DNA from: a virus
Taxonomy: Duplodnaviria; Caudoviricetes
DNA: 35,762 nt
Reading direction: 5' to 3' (one strand)
Virus record (IMG/VR): IMGVR_UViG_3300011403_000025
Location: 1-35,762 of that record
Each line of letters starts with the position of its first letter. Position 1 is the first letter of the stretch. The notes under the pieces were generated by a model. It made no database searches and was not told the origin of the DNA. It was given only the letters and a program-made list of their open reading frames with translations. A program made the position numbers and the translations under genes. Shown here piece by piece: positions 31,801 through 35,762 of this stretch.

Positions 31801-33402
31801 TCAGGCTCCGCAGACGCAACCCTCGGTGATCGGGATGGTCAGCTCGATTGGCGAGCACCCGACAACACCGAGCGCCTCGAACGTCTCCATAAACGCCTGC
31901 CGGTCGTTCGTGCTGTTGAGGGTCGAGTCGGTGATCTCGGTGCCGAGATCGAGCGTCCCGCCGTCGAGGAAGAGCACCGAGCCCTCCGGGTACAGCACAC
32001 CGGTCGCGGTGGCCGGGAAGTCGTCGAGGGTGGCGTCGGTCTGCGCGGCGAGCCGGTTCACGTCCGGTGAGTACACCGGCGAGATGTTCAGCGCCGCGAA
32101 GTAACCGGCGATGATCGAGTCGGCCACCTGGAACGCCTGGTCACCGGGCTGTTGCCTGGTGAGCGCCGCCCTGATCGCGTCGAGCAACCACTCCGACGTC
32201 ACGAACCGGAGTGTCGTGGTCCGACGCAGCCGGCGTGCCGACCGGTACCGGGCGGCTGCCTTCGCGAGTCCGACGAACGTGTTTCGGGCTGTCTCGTCGA
32301 TCGCCGGGATCACGACCGCCGCGGCCGGGTCCGACGCGGCAGCGAGTGCCGTGAACAGGGTCAGCTCGGCGAGTGCGTCGTGTTCGACGGCGAGCAGCTG
32401 AAGCGCTGCGTTCCACTGCTCGGTGTTGAACCGGGCCTGGAAGTTCCCGATCGTGACACACGCGGTGATCGCGTCGACGAGCACGGTTGTCTCCGGTCCG
32501 CACTCGACCCGGATGCATGGCTTCGTCGTTGAACCGGGGGCGGCGTCGGTTGCCTCATCCCACACGGACACGGCACCGGCGAGGTCACCGAACACCAGGG
32601 GCGGTGGGAACGCGACCCCGCCTCGGCCACCGAAACCGGGACCGAACGACGGGAGCGAGTCGCGGATGGGGCGGCCACGGTCACCGCACACGGTCTGATC
32701 GAACCGGGCGCCGATCGGGGGACAGATCCCGCCGGCGGCGACCACCGGGCCGACCGCGGCGTTCACGATCTCCATGTTCGCGGCGGCGTCCGGGGTCAGC
32801 GACCTCGGGTGCTCGTACTCGGCGCGGACCAGGGTCGTCCGGACGCTCGTGTCGCGGGCGAACCGTGCGAACGTCTCGGCGACGTCCCGCATCGAGTGCA
32901 GGACGCCCTGGCTGGATGCGTTGCCGATGCCTCGGAACGCACCGACCGGTTCTGGTGTCTCCGGTTCGGTGGCCTGGTGTGCCCGGCGGCGCCTGAGCAC
33001 GTCCCGCAGCGGCACGGAGGCTGCTACCGACTCCTGCTCGGGCGCGGCCTGCTCGACGGGCTCCGGGGACTCGACCGGGTCGGCCGTCGCCTCGGGCGCC
33101 GGTGCATCGGCTTCGTCGTCGGCTTCGGGTTCCGGGTCGGGGTCGGGGTCGAGCCCGTCGAGCAGTTGCGCCATCTCCGCCCGCTCCGTCTCGGCGCGGG
33201 TCGCCCGCTCCGCCAGCTCGGTGTCGATCGCATCGATCGTGGCGCGCAGCGAACGGGCGGCTTCGAGGTCCGGGGTGTCCGCGGCGGCTGCTTCGTGCAA
33301 CGCGGCGGCGAGTTCGTCACGCGCCGTGTGCAAATCCTCGGTCGTGGGTGGGGTGTCGGTGCCGATCTGAGCGACCAGCTCCGCGAGTCGGTCGGGGTCC
33401 AT
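31801..33402 (-). CDS. Major capsid protein (hexamer-type) with an N-terminal scaffold-like delta domain
   Basis: Acidic coiled-coil N-terminus; VAAGGICPP, RPIRDSLP...RGG, GGTLDLG...DSTLNSTND...FMETFE. Confidence 0.88.
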   Translation of the reverse strand: MDPDRLAELVAQIGTDTPPTTEDLHTARDELAAALHEAAAADTPDLEAARSLRATIDAIDTELAERATRAETERAEMAQLLDGLDPDPDPEPEADDEADAPAPEATADPVESPEPVEQAAPEQESVAASVPLRDVLRRRRAHQATEPETPEPVGAFRGIGNASSQGVLHSMRDVAETFARFARDTSVRTTLVRAEYEHPRSLTPDAAANMEIVNAAVGPVVAAGGICPPIGARFDQTVCGDRGRPIRDSLPSFGPGFGGRGGVAFPPPLVFGDLAGAVSVWDEATDAAPGSTTKPCIRVECGPETTVLVDAITACVTIGNFQARFNTEQWNAALQLLAVEHDALAELTLFTALAAASDPAAAVVIPAIDETARNTFVGLAKAAARYRSARRLRRTTTLRFVTSEWLLDAIRAALTRQQPGDQAFQVADSIIAGYFAALNISPVYSPDVNRLAAQTDATLDDFPATATGVLYPEGSVLFLDGGTLDLGTEITDSTLNSTNDRQAFMETFEALGVVGCSPIELTIPITEGCVCGA

Positions 33403-33489
33403 GAAGTCACTCCGTTGAGGGTCGGCCTCGGGTGCTTCGCCCCGAGCGTGCCACCGGTACACCGCCCGGTTACACGCGGCGGCACCATA
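33403..33489 (-). promoter_or_regulatory. TGn-TATGGT -10 and structured 5' leader of the capsid gene
   Basis: -10 at 33484-33489; hairpins gtgccgcc/ggtggcac and ctcggg/cccgag. Confidence 0.4.
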
Positions 33490-33771
33490 TCACGGTTCGG
33501 TGAGACGTTGCGTGACCATCTCCGTGAACCCGACGATTCCGGCGGCGGTCCCGGCGATCAGCCACGGCACCGGCAACGGGTGAACCTGGTCAACAGAGAA
33601 CGTGACGGCGGCCGCGATCCATGTGCCGAGACACCACGGGCAGTCGACCAACCGGTGCGGCCAACCCTGGAGACGAGAGTGGAAGGGTTCGGTGATGTCG
33701 TCACGTGCGACGAGCCGCCACAGCCGCCACGACGCCAACCCGATCAGGACCGCAGCCTCAACCGGGGTCAC
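33490..33771 (-). CDS. DUF1360-like membrane protein
   Basis: LASWRLWRLVARDDITEP...LVDCPWCLGTW. Confidence 0.8.
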   Translation of the reverse strand: MTPVEAAVLIGLASWRLWRLVARDDITEPFHSRLQGWPHRLVDCPWCLGTWIAAAVTFSVDQVHPLPVPWLIAGTAAGIVGFTEMVTQRLTEP

Positions 33772-34198
33772 TGAGCAACGCCACCAGCTCGGCCTTACGG
33801 AGCGACGACACCCCGGTGTGCCCGGCGGCGGCCGCCAACTTCCGCAACTCGGTGACCGTGAACGACCCCAACTCCGCGACCACATCATCATCACCGTCGC
33901 CGTCGTCATCATCATCGGGGTTGTCGAGGGGTAGCAGCGCGAACGCGGCGGCGAGTGCTGTCGGTCGGCCACCGGCCGGCGCCCACGTCCACTCGTCACC
34001 GTCCACCGTCTCGAGCCACCGCCCCGAGATGGTGCGCACTTCGACGGTGTCGCCGACACCGGCCGGGTCCACAACCGCGGCGAACGTGCGGCCGTCCTCA
34101 CGGCCGACGACGAGCCGGGCCCGCCAGCGTACGGTCGATGACCCGGCCTTCGGGGTGACCCACACCCGGGCCATCGTGTCGTGTGTGACGTGCATCAC
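33758..34198 (-). CDS. Protein with an acidic linker and a C-terminal Rho-N/HeH nucleic-acid-binding domain
   Basis: LGSFTVTELRKLAAAAGHTGVSSLRKAELVALL. Confidence 0.75.
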   Translation of the reverse strand: MMHVTHDTMARVWVTPKAGSSTVRWRARLVVGREDGRTFAAVVDPAGVGDTVEVRTISGRWLETVDGDEWTWAPAGGRPTALAAAFALLPLDNPDDDDDGDGDDDVVAELGSFTVTELRKLAAAAGHTGVSSLRKAELVALLSDPG

Positions 34199-35109
34199 TC
34201 AGCCTCGACCGTTTCGAGCGTCGCGTACACCGGCACCGCCGCCAAGGTCGCGACGGCGAACCGTTCGAGCAGCTCGACCCGTTGCTCGAGTGTCTGCGCC
34301 TCGTCGTCGCAACCGCAGGGGCTCATCGCCTGGTCAGCGAGCCCACCCGGGCCCGTATCAGTCTCGATATGCCCTGACTCGAGGATCGCCACGTCACCGG
34401 CGCAAGCGGCGACCGGCCACGCCGGGGTTGGCACGAGTTGAATCCCGAGCAGCACCCGGCCGCGTTCGGTCGGCCAGATCTCGATGGAGGGGGCCGCGCC
34501 GAGCATCTCCCGCAGGTCGTCGGTGGCCAGGTTCGACCGGAGCGACCCGGAGACGGCGACACCAGCGGGTGAGCGCCACGCGATCACGTCAGCGACAACG
34601 GTGGCGGTGTCGTCGTGGTGTGCTTTCGCCTCGGCGGCGGTCATGTTCGTGTCAGGGTGCCCGCCCCGCATCGTCAGCGGCAGTGTTCGGATCTCGGTGC
34701 CGTCGTCGAGTCTGAGCGGCGACGAGGTTTGCCCGCCCTGCCAGTCGATCGGCCCGCCCGCTTCGAGCGACTCGACGGTGACGCAGCCGGGTAGCCCGCG
34801 GTGGCAGACACCGGACGGTGCGACGAGTCCCCAGACGCGGCCGTCGTCGTTGACCTGCAGCGGGGTGCCTTCGGGTGGGTCGTCCTGCGCGAAGTGATCG
34901 GCGCGCAGCACCGGCAACGGCACCGCGGCGACCTCGGCACCGTTCACGAACACGCGCTCGATGCCGGTCACTGAGTCGGTGTGATAGACAATCTGGTCAG
35001 CGGTGGTCGGGGTGTGCGCCATGACGAGATGGTCGCCGGTTGCGTCCAAGGCAGCGACGATCGCGTGATAGTCAGCGGCCAAAATGTTCCCTCCCTGCTC
35101 GGATGACAC
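34195..35109 (-). CDS. Capsid maturation protease-like protein (start uncertain, possibly 35022)
   Basis: DGRVWGLVA..GVCHRG...HHDDTATVVADV...GVAVSGSLR...SIEIW...VPTPAWP; located before the capsid gene. Confidence 0.7.
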   Translation of the reverse strand: MSSEQGGNILAADYHAIVAALDATGDHLVMAHTPTTADQIVYHTDSVTGIERVFVNGAEVAAVPLPVLRADHFAQDDPPEGTPLQVNDDGRVWGLVAPSGVCHRGLPGCVTVESLEAGGPIDWQGGQTSSPLRLDDGTEIRTLPLTMRGGHPDTNMTAAEAKAHHDDTATVVADVIAWRSPAGVAVSGSLRSNLATDDLREMLGAAPSIEIWPTERGRVLLGIQLVPTPAWPVAACAGDVAILESGHIETDTGPGGLADQAMSPCGCDDEAQTLEQRVELLERFAVATLAAVPVYATLETVEAE

Positions 35110-35479
35110 CGTCGCTCAGGATGCGGTAAGGGCGGGTGCCGGGATGCTGCACCCGCTTAGCGTAGACCACGGTCCCGTCCCGGCCGGTGAACCTCAGGAA
35201 CCCGCCCGGGTTACGGGGCCGGATCACATGCGGCCGGGACCCGCCCTCCAGGATCGCCGAGTGATCCGCCGACGCGGTTGTGAGGATGCGGCGCCCATCC
35301 CACGTCGATGAGATCCCCGACCGGTAACGGCCGGTGCGGACGTTCACCCGTTCGTCGGCGACCTGCCGGACCACCCTGGTGACGACCCCGGCGAACCCGG
35401 CCATCACCCTCCCGACTTCCCCGGTGCGCCCATCCAGCAGCCGAGCAGCGTCGACGTTGAGCTTGACGTTGACGGTCAT
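35072..35479 (-). CDS. HK97 gp10-like neck/tail-completion protein
   Basis: VRTGRYRSGI...LEGGSRPHVIRP...VQHPGTRPYRIL. Confidence 0.8.
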   Translation of the reverse strand: MTVNVKLNVDAARLLDGRTGEVGRVMAGFAGVVTRVVRQVADERVNVRTGRYRSGISSTWDGRRILTTASADHSAILEGGSRPHVIRPRNPGGFLRFTGRDGTVVYAKRVQHPGTRPYRILSDGVIRAGREHFGR

Positions 35480-35762
35480 CCGTTCACCATCGCGAAGCGG
35501 CCGGTGCCGGTGTCGCGCAGCTTCGGCACCGCGTCGCACAGGCAACCCCGATGATCCCCCGGCCACCAACCCGACGGGGTCGGCAACTCGGCGAACACCT
35601 GCCCGGCGAGCACCCGGTGGTCATGGAACGGGTGGTCGCGGCGGATGTCGACCCGGTACGCCCACTGCCACCCGGCCAGGGTGACCCCGCGGGTGGCGAG
35701 CGCCTCCAACGTGAGGGGGCCGGTGGCGAACCCGGCAGCGGGTGGCGCCTCAGGGAACGGCA
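35476..35762 (-). CDS. Stand-alone MuF/SPP1-gp7-like minor head domain (95 aa); starts at ATG 124-122 and spans the origin
   Basis: WQWAYRVDIRRDHPFHDH..LAG...PGDHRGCLC; coupled at both ends. Confidence 0.7.
   Translation of the reverse strand, partial: PFPEAPPAAGFATGPLTLEALATRGVTLAGWQWAYRVDIRRDHPFHDHRVLAGQVFAELPTPSGWWPGDHRGCLCDAVPKLRDTGTGRFAMVNG
35640..35762. repeat. Terminal direct repeat (right copy) of 1-123
   Basis: Exact 123-bp identity. Confidence 0.97.

Overview
This window looks like a complete, circularised tailed-phage genome with a siphovirus-type layout. Bases 1-123 are identical to 35640-35762, so the unit length is 35,639 bp. It is very GC-rich (roughly 70% by eye). The probable host is an actinobacterium without mycolic acids, since I see no LysB; the poly-Thr linkers suggest an Acidimicrobiia-like host (inference). 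Essentially all credible genes are on the minus strand and are tightly coupled by ATGA, GTGA or TGATG overlaps. In transcription order they are: terminase small subunit-like HGG protein; an island with a methyltransferase and Zn-finger/HTH genes; terminase large subunit; portal; a small secreted peptide; a stand-alone MuF domain crossing the origin; HK97-gp10-like neck protein; capsid protease; Rho-N-like and DUF1360-like proteins; separate hexamer and pentamer capsid proteins; major tail protein; glycosyltransferase; a fibre module with about 15 His-containing repeats; head-tail adaptor and tail terminator; a -1 frameshifted tail chaperone; tape measure; three tail-tip proteins; HNH and small early genes; VRR-NUC nuclease; an amidase endolysin with a collagen tail; a secreted lytic transglycosylase; a Mom-like DNA modifier; secreted Thr-rich proteins; holin-like membrane genes; a RecE/RecT-like pair; DUF4406; and a structured non-coding control region. 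I could not recognise an integrase, repressor, polymerase, primase, helicase or replication initiator. The most unusual features are two pairs of dispersed paralogous exported mini-proteins within a large phage 'secretome', the collagen-tailed endolysin with an internal start, a repeated operator-like motif, a plus-strand sRNA/G-quadruplex candidate in the control region, and an in-frame TGA or 1-nt slip in a sigma-region-4/Zn-finger gene. All product calls come from motif recognition by eye, not database searches.
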